Shown: positions 1 through 14,284 of the stretch, piece after piece | Layout: each line of letters starts with the position of its first letter | How positions within the stretch are numbered: the first letter of the stretch is position 1 | DNA from: Octopus vulgaris | Lineage: Eukaryota | Assembly (NCBI GenBank): GCA_951406725.2 | Contig: OX597835.1 | Location: forward strand, 36,580,001 to 36,644,000 | Length of the DNA stretch: 64,000 nucleotides | Direction of reading: 5' to 3' | Notes under the pieces: generated by a model | The model's input: only the letters and a program-made list of their open reading frames with translations | Told to the model about the DNA's origin: nothing | The model's database searches: none | Position numbers and translations under genes: made by a program

Positions 1-1479
1 AGATAAAGTGAGAGGGACGGAAGAAATATGGATAACAGCTAAAGAGAGAGGCGAGGGAAGAGAGCGATATAGAGAAAGGATGAGAGAGAGAAAGAGAGAG
101 AGGGACGATAAAAATCAGAGAGGACGAGAGAGAGAAAAGATAGGTGAAGTAAGAGGGAAAGAAAGATAGACACAGACAGAAGAGAGAGAGAGAGAATGAA
201 AGACAAAATCATAAGATAAAGGAGGTGGAGGAGAAGAAGTAGTGAAGGTAAAAAAGTAAAAGCAGATAGGAGAGGGGGAAGACGAAGGGAACGAGGGAAG
301 AAGAGAATGATGAAGAATAAGAAGCAACAAGGTCGATTATGAAAAAGAGGGAGACAGAATGTAATGTGTACGTGTGTGTGTGTGTACGTGTGTGTGTGTC
401 TATAAGTATATGTGCTTGTGTTAATGCGTGTGTCTGTGAAAGCGAGGGGGAAAGTAGTAGTGACAGAGAGGGAGTAAGAAAGAAAGAGTGTAAGTTATAG
501 GGAAGAGATTAAAATAGAAAAGAGAGAGTGCAGATTGAAAACGATAGACTAAGAACTGTAAAGGGGGGAATACAGGAAGAGGGTAAGGTATGTGTGTGTC
601 TGAAAGAGAGTATAATGGGGGAACGGGAGGGGTGTCTACACGCATATGATTACAATAAACGGATTCTTCTCCACCTGTCTATAATGCAAACATAGATTTA
701 TGAATGCATATGTATACATAGAGAGAGAGAGAGACATAGAGTAGCACAGAGAGAGTGGGTATCCGTTTATTGTAATCACGGTTCGGATCTTTTTAGTTAA
801 CAATGACTAGCTGATAATATTAAGCGGAGCATTTAAACGAGTGTATTTGGGTCCCATTTATTGTATAACATTTGATAACATCTGTGTGTATACACACATA
901 TCACATACACACACATACACACGCACACACATACACATCACGTCACACATACACACACATACACACACATACACACACATACACACACACACACACTCAC
1001 ACACACACATACGCACGCACGCACACAAGAGTGTAATATTGATCTCAGTAATTAACCGACATTTATTTCATGGACCTCTCAAGGGTAAAAATCAAACTAG
1101 TTGTGGACGGTATTTGAAGGGAAAACGTGGAGGGACATTGAGTAAATACCAGAAGGTAATTCTTTGGCCGTTTTACCGAATTTGGGAGAAGGTCGGTGAG
1201 TGCGTGCGCGCGATCTTGGAATGGAAGAAATTTAAGGGAGAGAGAGAAGGGGAGGAGAAAACAGTATAAGCAGGAGGAGTAGTAGAAGTGTAAACGGAAC
1301 ATAAAGAGAGGGTAGAGAGAAAGAAGGGAAGATCAATTTAGAGAAGGTGGTAACAGAAAAGGTAGGGAGAGTGTAGAAGAAAAAAGAGAGTGGAAGCGAG
1401 TGAAAGAAGAGGAGAGAGGGAGAGATATACAGATAAGGTAGTAACGGAGAGGTGGAAAGAGGGTGTATAAGGAAATGTA

Positions 1480-1850
1480 GAGAGGTAGTGGTAGTGAGAG
1501 TGAGGGATCAATACTATGAATGAACGACAGAAGAGAATAGCGAGTGAGTGGTTGTGGGAGGTAAGACACATAGAGAGATAGTGGGAGAGAGAGTGAGGGA
1601 TCAATACGATGAATGAACGACAGAAGAGAATAGTGAGTGAGTGAGTGGTTGTGGGAGGTAAGACACATAGAGAGGTAGTGAGAGAGAGAGTAAGGGATCA
1701 ATACGATGAATGAACGACAGAAGAGAATAGTGAGTGAGTGAGAGGTAAGGCACATAGAGAGGTAGTGGGAGAGAGAGTAAGGGATCAATACGATGAATGA
1801 ACGACAGAAGAGAATAGCGAGTGAGTGAGTGGTTGTGAGAGGTAAGGCAA
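1480..1850. repeat. Tandem repeat, about 85-95 bp unit, about 4 copies, purine-rich
   Basis: gggatcaatacgatgaatgaacgacagaagagaatag recurs near 1504, 1596, 1694 and 1780. Confidence 0.85.
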
Positions 1851-2354
1851 CAGTGAGAGGGAAGATAAGAAGGAAAGGACAGAGGGAAGGATTGAAGGGA
1901 AGAAAGGATAGAAGTGGGGAAGGAAAGGAGGAAGAACTGTGCGAGGAAGTAAGGAAAAGAGAAAGAAAGGGTTGAAATAAAAAGGGAGGGAGAACGTAGA
2001 AAGGATAGAAGGTATAGTGGTGAGGGCGGCGGCGTCGTTTGTGGCGTAAGTGGAAAGTATAAGATTAAGAATGGACGAATGTTTATGATGATGTGTGAGT
2101 GTGTGTAACGCGTGGATAAAACGTGTGTACAATGCGTGTATCATGCGTGTAACACGATATGATGTATAAAAAAACTTGTCTTCACTTCACAGACTTTGAA
2201 CAATGCTTTCTTTTGTTTTGTTTTGTGTTCTTTGTGTTAGTTATTTTCTTTTTTTAGTCCAATTTTTCCAACTCTAAAATAACCTACCTTTTAACTGTTG
2301 TCTTTTCCTTGACGAGTCAGTCGTCTGCTGCGTGGCACACATTCACACACTCAT

Positions 2355-5286
<2,932 letters not shown>

Positions 5287-5464
5287 CCATTTGGGACAAA
5301 GTATGGCTGAACTTCGGTTCTTGGGGAGAGAACGCAAATCCCTAATTCATTACGATATCTGGGACTATAAAAATCTGCAAGACCTTAAGATTTAAAGGAT
5401 GATGAGCAAAACAACATGCTTTCCTTCTAAGTAGGGAGCTGGACAACATTCACTCTAAATTAAA

Positions 5465-5566
5465 AATAGAAAGACGTGATCTGGGCATTATTGTACACAA
5501 CGATCTGCGTTGGACAAACCGCATCTCTAAGGTTGTCAAGAAGGCTGACGAGCTGCTAGCGTCACT
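5465..5566 (+). mobile_element. CR1/L2-like LINE ORF2 fragment
   Basis: Translates RDLGIIVHNDLRWTNRISKVVKKADELLASL, a typical post-RT motif (DLG..D..L.W..H...V.KA). Confidence 0.6.
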
Positions 5567-5780
5567 CTCTTTTACTCTTTTACTTGTTTCAGTCATTTGA
5601 CTGTGGCCATGCTGGAGCACCACCTTTAGCCGAGCAAATCGACCCTAGAACTTATTCTTTGTAAGCCTAGTACTTATTCTATCGGTGTCTTTTGCCGAAC
5701 CGCTAAGTTATGGGGACGTAAACACACCAGCATCGGTTGCCAAGCGATGTTAGGGGGACAAACACAGATGCACACACACA

Positions 5781-5833
<53 letters not shown>

Positions 5834-6509
5834 ACACATATATATATATATACACATAAATACGACGGGCTTCTTTCAGTTTCCGTCTACCAAATCCACT
5901 CACATGGCCTTGGTATTCCCGAGGCTTTAGTAGAAGACACTTGCCCAAGTTGCCACGCAGTGGGACTGAACCTGGAACTTTTGCCGAACCGCTAAGTTAT
6001 GGGGACGTAAACACACCAACATCGGTTGTCAAGCGATGTTAGGGGGACAAACACAGATGCATACACACATACACACACACACACACACATATATATACAT
6101 ATATACGACGGGCTTCTTTCAGTTTCCGTCTACCAAATCCACTCACATGGCTTTGGTCGACCCGAGGCTATAGTAGAAGACACTTGCCCAAGTTGCCACG
6201 CAGTGGGACTGAACCTGGAACTTTTGCCGAACCGCTAAGTTATGGGGACGTAAACACACCAACATCGGTTGTCAAGCGATGTTAGGGGGACAAACACAGA
6301 TGCACACACACATACACACACACACACACACATATATATACATATATACAACGGGCTTCTTTCAGTTTCCGTCTACCAAATCCACTCACATGGCTTTGGT
6401 CGACCCGAGGCTATAGTAGAAGACACTTGCCCAAGGTGCCACGCAGTGGGACTGAACCCTGAACCATGTGGTTGGTAAGCAAGCTACTTACCGCACTCCA
6501 CTCCTGACG
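5566..6509 (-). mobile_element. tRNA-derived SINE family A (OR1-like) with a triplicated internal segment of about 245 bp
   Basis: tRNA-like head and gagtaaaa-repeat tail; the junction ggactgaacctggaac/ttttgccgaacc occurs twice (about 5978 and 6221). Confidence 0.85.
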
Positions 6510-6980
6510 CAGTACATTGTTTTGATTCAAGAGGTACAAGATGGAAAACTTGAGACAATGTAATGGCACTCTGTTAGGATTTTTGTAGAATTTACAAAGC
6601 CAAAGTTTGGCAACAGTTCTTCAATGAGTTTCCAGATACTGATGACAGTACACCCATCCTCGTTTAGCACGAGTACTTTCGTTTTTGGTTTTGATTTTTG
6701 TTTTTTTTACCTTTTTTACAGGTTTCTGCAAGAATTTTAGTCGGACAAACCGACTCCAGTACTTATACTCTTTACTCTTTTACTTGTTTCAGTCATTTGA
6801 CTGCAGCCATGCTGGAGCACCACCTTTAATCGAGCAACTCGACCCCGGGACTTATTCTTTTGTAAGCCCAGTACTTATTCTATCGGTCTCTTTTGCCGAA
6901 CCGCTAAGTAACGGGGACATAAACACACCAGCATCGGTTGTCAAGCAATGCTAGGGGGACAAACAGAGACACACAAACAC

Positions 6981-7041
<61 letters not shown>

Positions 7042-7048
<7 letters not shown>

Positions 7049-7593
7049 AGGGATATTAGCCAACCGAATATGGCTAGGGACAGGGCAGGGTGGTGGGGGT
7101 GTCACTGTTGCATTTAGCCCCAGGCGAACATCAACGTCACCAGATAGGCCTGACGCCATCACGGCGTCCTCTATCCTGCAAAGGGAGATCATTCACCAAG
7201 AAGCCGATACCACACACGGACCTAGGTTTCAAGGTGTATTGCCTATTATCAACGTGTGGTAGGCATCGCTTCTCGATGAACGACCAACTGTGCAAGATAT
7301 ATATAAGGATTTGCCTACCACACGTTTGCCTACCACACGTTGATAATAGGCAATACACCTTGAAACCTAGGTCCGTGTGTGGTATCGGCTTCTTGGTGAG
7401 TGATCTCCCTTTGCAGGATAGAGGACGCCGTGATGGCGTCAGGCCTATCTGGTGACGTTGATGTTCGCCTGGGGCTAAATGCAACAGTGACACCCCCACC
7501 ACCCTGCCCTGTCCCTAGCCATATTCGGTTGGCTAATATCCCTTATATTACGGAGCAGTCACTGTCTATATCTCATTTAGAGAATTATTATTG

Positions 7594-7594
<1 letters not shown>
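7042..7594 (+). mobile_element. Hairpin-plus-tail element (putative non-autonomous Penelope-like element)
   Basis: 224 bp inverted arms (7042-7265 and 7327-7550; one mismatch seen), unpaired tail 7551-7594, (TA)n on both sides. Confidence 0.75.
7331..7384 (+). ncRNA. Type I hammerhead ribozyme motif, U3-A8 core variant (mirror copy 7208-7261, - strand)
   Basis: taccacacg-TTGATAA-t-agg caataca cct-t-GAAAC-ctag-GTC-cgtgtgtggta: stem I 9 bp with a 2-nt bulge, short stem II, palindromic loop 3, GUC triplet. Confidence 0.7.
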
Positions 7595-7625
<31 letters not shown>

Positions 7626-8169
7626 GACGGGCTTCTTTCAGTTTCCGTCTACCAAATCCACTCACAAGGCTTTGGTAGACCCGAGGCTATAGTAGAAGAC
7701 ACTTGCCCAAGGTGCCACGCAGTAGGACTGAACCCGGAACCATGTGGTTGGTAAACAAGCTACTTACCACACAGCCACTCCTGCACATATCATTTTTTAA
7801 AATTATTATTTAGGCCATATAGTTATTCTAACGGTTCCTTTGGGCGAATCGCTAAGTTACGGTTACGTAAACACACCAACAACGGTTGTCAAGCGGTGGG
7901 GCGGGGGAACAAACACAAAGGCACACACACACACACACCGTCTACCAAATCCACTCACATGTTTATGGTGAAAAAAAAATGCTGGCCCAAGGAACTTAAC
8001 CCGGTGTCATGTATTTGAAAAACAAACTAATTATTTCACGATGCTTTATCAACTAGGAAGTTCTAAGTTCAAATTCCACCGAAGTCGACTTTGCCTTTCG
8101 TCCTTCGGAATCGACGGAATAAGTACCAGTTGAGCACTGGAGTCAATCTAATCGACATGTATCCCCTTG

Positions 8170-8508
8170 GGATCTTTTCGGTTTGAACGGCAGTTTTTAA
8201 CATAATTTCTAGGTAACTAAAAAATATTAAACTTCGTATACTGGTAGAATGTGTTTATAAAACATCATTTTCTCTTGGCTTTCTTGAGAAAATTCTGTAG
8301 TTTGTAACGGCACATAATGCCAGTGATTGGTTAAAATTGCAGAAATGCAAGAAATTAAAGACGAAATATGTTACAAAGTACAGAATTTTCTCAATAAAGC
8401 CAAAAGAAAAAGATGTTTTATAAACACATTCTACCAGTGTACGAAGTTTAGAATTTTTTAGTTACCTAGAAATTATGTTAAGAACTGCTGTTCAAACCGA
8501 AAAGAACC
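8170..8508. mobile_element. Merlin-like MITE, symmetric variant with about 135 bp inverted arms
   Basis: Ends GGATCTTTTCGGTTTGAACGGCAG / CTGCTGTTCAAACCGAAAAGAACC; 8-bp TSD tccccttg. Confidence 0.75.
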
Positions 8509-8939
8509 TCCCCTTGTTTAGTTGTTTGTTCCCTCTCGAGCCATTTCTGGCTCATTAGGGCCAGTTACCCGATTTCCTTGGTATATAGGTTCCCCACCTG
8601 AACGGGACGCCGGTCCGTCGCAGATGAGCTGCAAGATGCAGGAGGAAAGAGTGAGAGAAAGTTGTGGCGAAAGAGTCAGCAGAAGTTCGCCATTACCTTC
8701 TGCCGGAGCCGTGTGGAGCTTAGGTGTTTTTGCTCATAAACACACACACATCGCCCGGTCTGAGGTTCGAACCCGCGATCCCTCGACCGCTGCTCTAACC
8801 ACTAGGCCATGAGCCTCCTCACCCTTATTTATTTAGAGCATACATATTACATGCTCAACATAAATATTGGTTTTAAAGTTTTGGTACAAGGACAGAAAAT
8901 TCATGGGTGAAAGGGTGAGGGCAAATCGATAACATCGTT

Positions 8940-9433
8940 CCCGAAAAGATGAAAGACAAAGTTGATCTCGGCAGATTTTGAACTCAGAACGTAGCGGCAG
9001 ACGAAATACCTATTTCTTTGCTACCCACAAGGGGCTAAACACAGAGAGGGGACAAACAAGGACGGACAAAGGGATTAAGTTGATTATATCGACCCCAGTG
9101 CGTAACTAACTGGTACTTATTTAATCGACCCTGAAAGGATGAATGGCAAAGTCGACCTCGGCGGAATTTGAACTCAGAACGTAACAGCAGACTAAATACC
9201 TATTTCTTTACTACTCACTAGGGGCTAAACACAGAGAGGACAAACAAGGACAGACAAACGGATTAAGTCGATTATATCGACTCCAGTGCTTAACTGGTAC
9301 CTAATTTATCGACCCCGAAAGGATCAAAGGCTAAGTCAACCTCGGCGGAATTTGAACTCAGAACGTAGAGGCAGACGAAATACCGCTAAGCATTTCGCCC
9401 GGCGTGCTGACGTTTTCTGCCAGCTCGCCGCCT
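8940..9433 (-). mobile_element. SINE family B (OR2-like, Nin/Deu-domain core), head plus three tandem bodies (last one partial)
   Basis: Core gtcgactttgcctttcatcctttcggggtcgataaa; tail-to-internal junctions at 9009/9010 and 9199/9200. Confidence 0.8.
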
Positions 9434-9908
9434 TTGACGAACGAAATGCCGCTAAACATTTTGCACGTGTTTACGTTCTTGATTCCAAATCCTGAAACTT
9501 TGAGAGAGGGATTTAGTCGATTAGATAGACCCCAATGCTCAACAGGTATTTTATCGGCCCCGGCCCCAAAAGGATGAAAGGCAAAGGGGACCTCGGCGGA
9601 ATTTGAACACAGAACATTAAGAGGGATGATACTGCTAAAAATTTGTCCGACCTATTAACAATTCTGCCAGTGAGCAGAAATTAAGTTAATGTTACAAGGG
9701 AGGTAACTGTTGCTTATATTCCAGTACTATCTCAGCAGGGCGACGACCTGTCAAATTCGTTAGGACGTCGGGCTAAATACTTAGCAGTATTTCGTTGGTT
9801 TTCATGTTCTGATGTCAAATTCCGCCGAGATCGAGACTTGGCTTTTCATCCTTTGAAGGCACATGGCTCAGTGGTTAGAGCGTCGGGTTCGATTCTCGGA
9901 CTGGGCTG

Positions 9909-10332
9909 GGATCTTTCCGGTTTGAACGGCAGTTTTTTTTCTAGCGGTGTCATATGAAATTGTCACCCATAATTATGACCCTAGTATCGATCTATTGCAT
10001 TTCAATCTGTTTTAGGGTTAGGGTTAGGGTTAGGGGTGGGGAAAAGGGTATCTTTTTTTCTTAAAAAATGTAAATAAACCCAATCTGTTTCTTAAACGAG
10101 GGACATTTTCATACGGCACAGAATGTTTTCACCTCAATAGACGTCATTGATTGGTTGAAATTGCAGAAATTGAAGAAAAAATCAACAAATATCTTACAAA
10201 CTATAGAATTTTCTCAATAAAGCCAAGAGAAAAAGATGTTTTATAAACACATTCTACCAGCATACGAAGTTTAAAAGTGTTTAGTTAGGTGGAAATTATT
10301 TTAAAAAACTGCCGTTCAAACCGAAAAGATCC
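9909..10332. mobile_element. Merlin-like MITE carrying (TTAGGG)4
   Basis: About 28 bp TIRs starting GGATC; 8-bp TSD ctgggctg; inserted in a SINE head; TTAGGG x4 at 10012-10035. Confidence 0.8.
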
Positions 10333-10789
10333 CTGGGCTGTGTGTCGTGTTCTTGAACAAGACACTTTATTTCACGTTGCTCCAGTTCACTCAGCTGTTG
10401 AAATGGAGAGGAGAGGCTGGTATGCATGGATGACTGCTGGTCTTCCATAAACAACCTTGCCCAGACTTGTTCCTCGTCGGAGAACTTTCTTGGTGCAATC
10501 CCATGGCCATTCATGAGGTAGTGAGTTCGATTCTCGGACCAGGCTGTGCATCGTATTCTTAAGCTTTATTTCACATTGCTCCAGTTCACTCAGCTGTTGA
10601 AATGGAGACGGGAGGCTGGTATGCATGGGTGACTGCTGGTCTTCCATAAACAACCTTGCCCAGATTTGTTCCTCGGAGGGGAAATTTCTAAGTGCAATCC
10701 CATGATCATTCATGACTGAAAGGGGTCTTTACCCTTTACCTTTTTACTATTTCACCCTAAGAATAAGGAAAAACCAACTCGATACCCAC

Positions 10790-12190
10790 TGTAAAAAGGC
10801 CACGGGGTAAAAAAAAAACACCAAGGCATTTTAGTCACCATGGCGCAATTCACTCTGCCAGAAATTTGGAAACGACACGCTGTATTTCTTGGCATTCGCG
10901 CAGGAAGCCCCAAAATGAACATTTCAGAATGTTTTGGTGCCAATCTGAAGACAGTGGAGAGGATTCGGAAAGAGTTGGATGAGTCGAATGGTGATTACGG
11001 AGGAACGGCAGCTGGGAAAATTTATTCTCATCGTTCTGATAAGAAAAGAACTCCTGAATTTTTGGTGAGATCCAGGCCATGATTGACAACGATCCCTTCA
11101 AGTCAATCAGGTCCACATCCAGGGACATGGGAGGGTCTGCGTTTCTTATCAGGCAGGTAGTGGATGAAGACATTCGGTATTCCTCATACAAGATGAGAAA
11201 GGGCCAATTTTTATCCCAAGCCATCAAGGACAAAAGGAAAGACAGCGCTATGAAGCTTTTGAACAAACTCAAGCATCCCCTCCGACTGAACATGCTTTGG
11301 TTTTTCTCAGAGAAAAATCTCTTCCAGGATCAGATGGTGAACACACAGAACAACCATTGACTTGCTGTGTCCCCAAAACATCTACTGAGAGTGATAAAAA
11401 TCAAACATCCAGTCATCATGGTGTTTGGAGTGATCACTAATGATGACGACGTTATACGTCCATTCATCTTCCCACATGGCCTCATACTCAATACAGAGGT
11501 CTACACCAAGTGCCTGGAGGAGGTAGTGCTGTCTTGGGTGAAGAGGGTGACTGCTGGAAGAACCTATGTCTGACAACAGGACTCTGCACCATACCACACA
11601 AGCAGGAGAATTCAGTCATGGCTCTCAGACAATTTCTGCGACCACACTACTCCTAGCACCTAGCCACCTGCTCCCTAGATTGCAACCCCTTGATGTGTGG
11701 GGCGCAGTTGAGCAAGAGACCAGCAAACTCCTTGTAACACCAACGATGAACTGAAGGCAAGGATTATCGCAACATTCACCAAGGAGACCGCCCGGAAGAG
11801 TTGCAGAAGATTCCGTAGTCGTTTGGAGGTCGTGGTTGAAGCCAATGGCGATTTTATTGAATAAATTTACTCATTAGTATTTCAAAATATTTTTATGTAA
11901 TTTTGGTAAACATATCTGTTAAAACGAGATATCTGTGTTATTTTCTTTCGTTTTTGGATTTGGTTTGCAAGATTCTTTATGAGTTCGTGTGTTGAAGCAG
12001 ATTCTCTTGTGTCTGGGTAAAATTTCCACTTATTTCTTATTTTTATTTTCCTAAAATTTTCGTTGCATTTTGCAAACTTGTGAGTGTGTTACACTAGAAG
12101 GCACAAAAAGAAAATGACTCTCCCCAGACACAACAGAAGGTGTTATTTTCATTTTTGCACAATTTAAACAATTTATTCACCGCACCCTCA
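10790..12190 (+). mobile_element. Decayed Tc1/mariner element (maT/DD37D-like transposase pseudogene)
   Basis: Frameshifted ORF pieces: HTH region, WFFSEK, KHPVIMVFGVIT, QDSAPYHT, DCNPLD..WGAVE; outer limits approximate. Confidence 0.75.
11946..12139 (-). mobile_element. Internally deleted copy of the 53.7 kb hairpin-plus-tail family
   Basis: Shares ggatttggtttgcaagat...gttgaagca and gactctccccagacacaac with 53716-54091; flanked by the 11-bp direct repeat gtgttattttc. Confidence 0.65.
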
Positions 12191-12665
12191 GTGTGTGTGC
12201 GTGTGTGTCTATGTTTGTGTGTGTGCGTGTGTGTCTGTGTTTGTGTTTGTGTGTGTGTGTATGTGTATTCGACGGACTTCTTTCAGTTTCCATCTACTAA
12301 ATCCGCTGACAAGAAATTGATCAGCCCGAGGCTATAGTAGATGACGAAACGTGATGGTCACGGTTAGAATGTAGAACTGCTGGTGCAAGATTGACCCAGA
12401 ACTGAATAACAACAACCACAATACTTTTAGCAGGCATTACATTTCACCCCCATAAATTCCCTTATTGCATGTCAGAGAGTGCAGGATCTGGTGGATTACA
12501 GAAATAGACTGAGCAGTAGAGAAGGGTGTAACAAGTCGCAGCTGTCGCTTTGCACCCTCTTACTATTCATCTCTGAGGTTTCTTTGGGATCATAGTAATG
12601 TCGAAGAGAGAGAGAGAGGGTGAAGAGATAGAGAGACAGAGAGACAGGCAGACAAACAGACAAAC

Positions 12666-12793
<128 letters not shown>

Positions 12794-12860
12794 GATATAT
12801 ATATGTATTTTACCTTGTTAACAATTGATTACACCTGCGTTAAACTCCATTTATTTATTC

Positions 12861-12921
<61 letters not shown>

Positions 12922-12923
<2 letters not shown>

Positions 12924-13677
12924 GAGAAAGAAGCAACAAGAATGGATTGGTTTTTAGTACAATTGTTTCATACAAAGACAGGCTTTATTACAAGTTGCAA
13001 AAATTGCAGCAGATAAAAGTGTCCCGTACTCATCAGCTAAAATACATTTGAGTTCTCTAGACATCTTAGTGGGTGAGGTTATACTCATGAAATATTGGAG
13101 ATAGTTCCATTAGAGGCAGATATAGGTTGTAAACAGTTTTCCAAAGTTCCTTAGTGATGATGCACAGTCTTATCACAGATTTTTAAAAACTTATTAGTTT
13201 CGAAGAGAAGATGAATCAATCCATAGTGTAGATTTAAATTTCCAGAGATATGAGGAGGATGATGCACAGACTTATCACAGGTTTTTAAAGACTTATTAGC
13301 TTCACAGAAAAGGTGAATTAATCCATAGTGAAGATTTACATTTCCAGTGGTAAGATGAGGAATTTCATACTCACAGACGATGTATTTAACCATTATTAAT
13401 CCACAATCATTTCATGCTAGATGTCTAGAGAACTCAAATGTATTTTAGCTGATGAGTACGGGACACTTTTATCTGCTGCAATTTTTGCAACTTGTAATAA
13501 AGCCTGTCTTTGTATGAAACAATTGTACTAAAAACCAATCCATTCTTGTTGCTTCTTTCTCGTTTATAATCACCCCACATTACTGTATGGATAACACCAT
13601 ATAGTTTTTCTGGTGCATCTAAGTTAAGTACCACATTCAAGTAAATTCATTGGAAGTTACTTGAATCTTAATTGCTT

Positions 13678-13680
<3 letters not shown>
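12922..13680 (+). mobile_element. Hairpin-plus-tail element in (TA)n (putative Penelope-like inverted pLTR)
   Basis: About 145 bp inverted arms (12922-13066 and 13419-13563), spacer containing a tandem duplication of about 105 bp, tail 13564-13680, (TA)n on both sides. Confidence 0.78.
13443..13533 (+). ncRNA. Type I hammerhead ribozyme motif, canonical core (mirror copy 12952-13042, - strand)
   Basis: ttttag-CTGATGA-gtacgggaca...tgtctttgtat-GAAAC-aatt-GTA-ctaaaa: 6-bp stem I, extended stem II, palindromic loop 3. Confidence 0.82.
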
Positions 13681-13732
<52 letters not shown>

Positions 13733-13811
13733 TAATCCAAAGAAGAAAACACAAAAAAACACTACAACGCGAGGACGTGGAACAAATATAGGAAAGAAGG
13801 AAAGAAGGAGG

Positions 13812-13846
13812 GTTTAACGTTTCGAGCGGAGCTCTTCGTCGGAAAC
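13812..13846 (-). ncRNA. Minimal hammerhead-like motif (CCGACGA core)
   Basis: gttt-CCGACGA-a-gagc tcc gctc-GAAACGTT-aaac, in a short element between (TA)n and (GATA)n. Confidence 0.5.
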
Positions 13847-13915
13847 ATAGGAGAAGGAAAGATCCAGAGAAGGCAAGACTGAGGGAAAAAAATCGCCAAC
13901 GGCACACACGAGGTC

Positions 13916-14001
<86 letters not shown>

Positions 14002-14042
14002 GTAGATAGATAGGTAGGTAGGTAGGTAGGTAGGTAGGTAGG

Positions 14043-14109
<67 letters not shown>

Positions 14110-14171
14110 GTAGGTAGATAGATAGATAGATAGATATATAGGTAGGTAGGTAGGTAGATAGATAGATAGAC

Positions 14172-14213
<42 letters not shown>

Positions 14214-14234
14214 GTAGGTAGGTAGATAGATAGG

Positions 14235-14284
<50 letters not shown>
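13916..14284. repeat. (GATA)n/(GGTA)n microsatellite
   Basis: Directly visible. Confidence 0.97.

Larger units (their letters stand above)
6768..7785 (-). mobile_element. SINE family A, interrupted in its internal (TA)n by a hairpin element
   Basis: SINE tail at 6768 and head at about 7785 are collinear across the 7042-7594 insert. Confidence 0.85.

Noticed and set aside
647-778. 18-bp inverted repeat (tgattacaataaacggat) around a simple repeat
   Set aside because: Single copy in the window with no clear TSD; too little evidence to classify.
7090-7502. Mirror-image 121-aa ORFs on both strands
   Set aside because: A by-product of the inverted repeat; no recognisable domain.
10012-10035. Telomere or chromosome-fusion site
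   Set aside because: Only four units, and they are internal to a MITE present in several copies.
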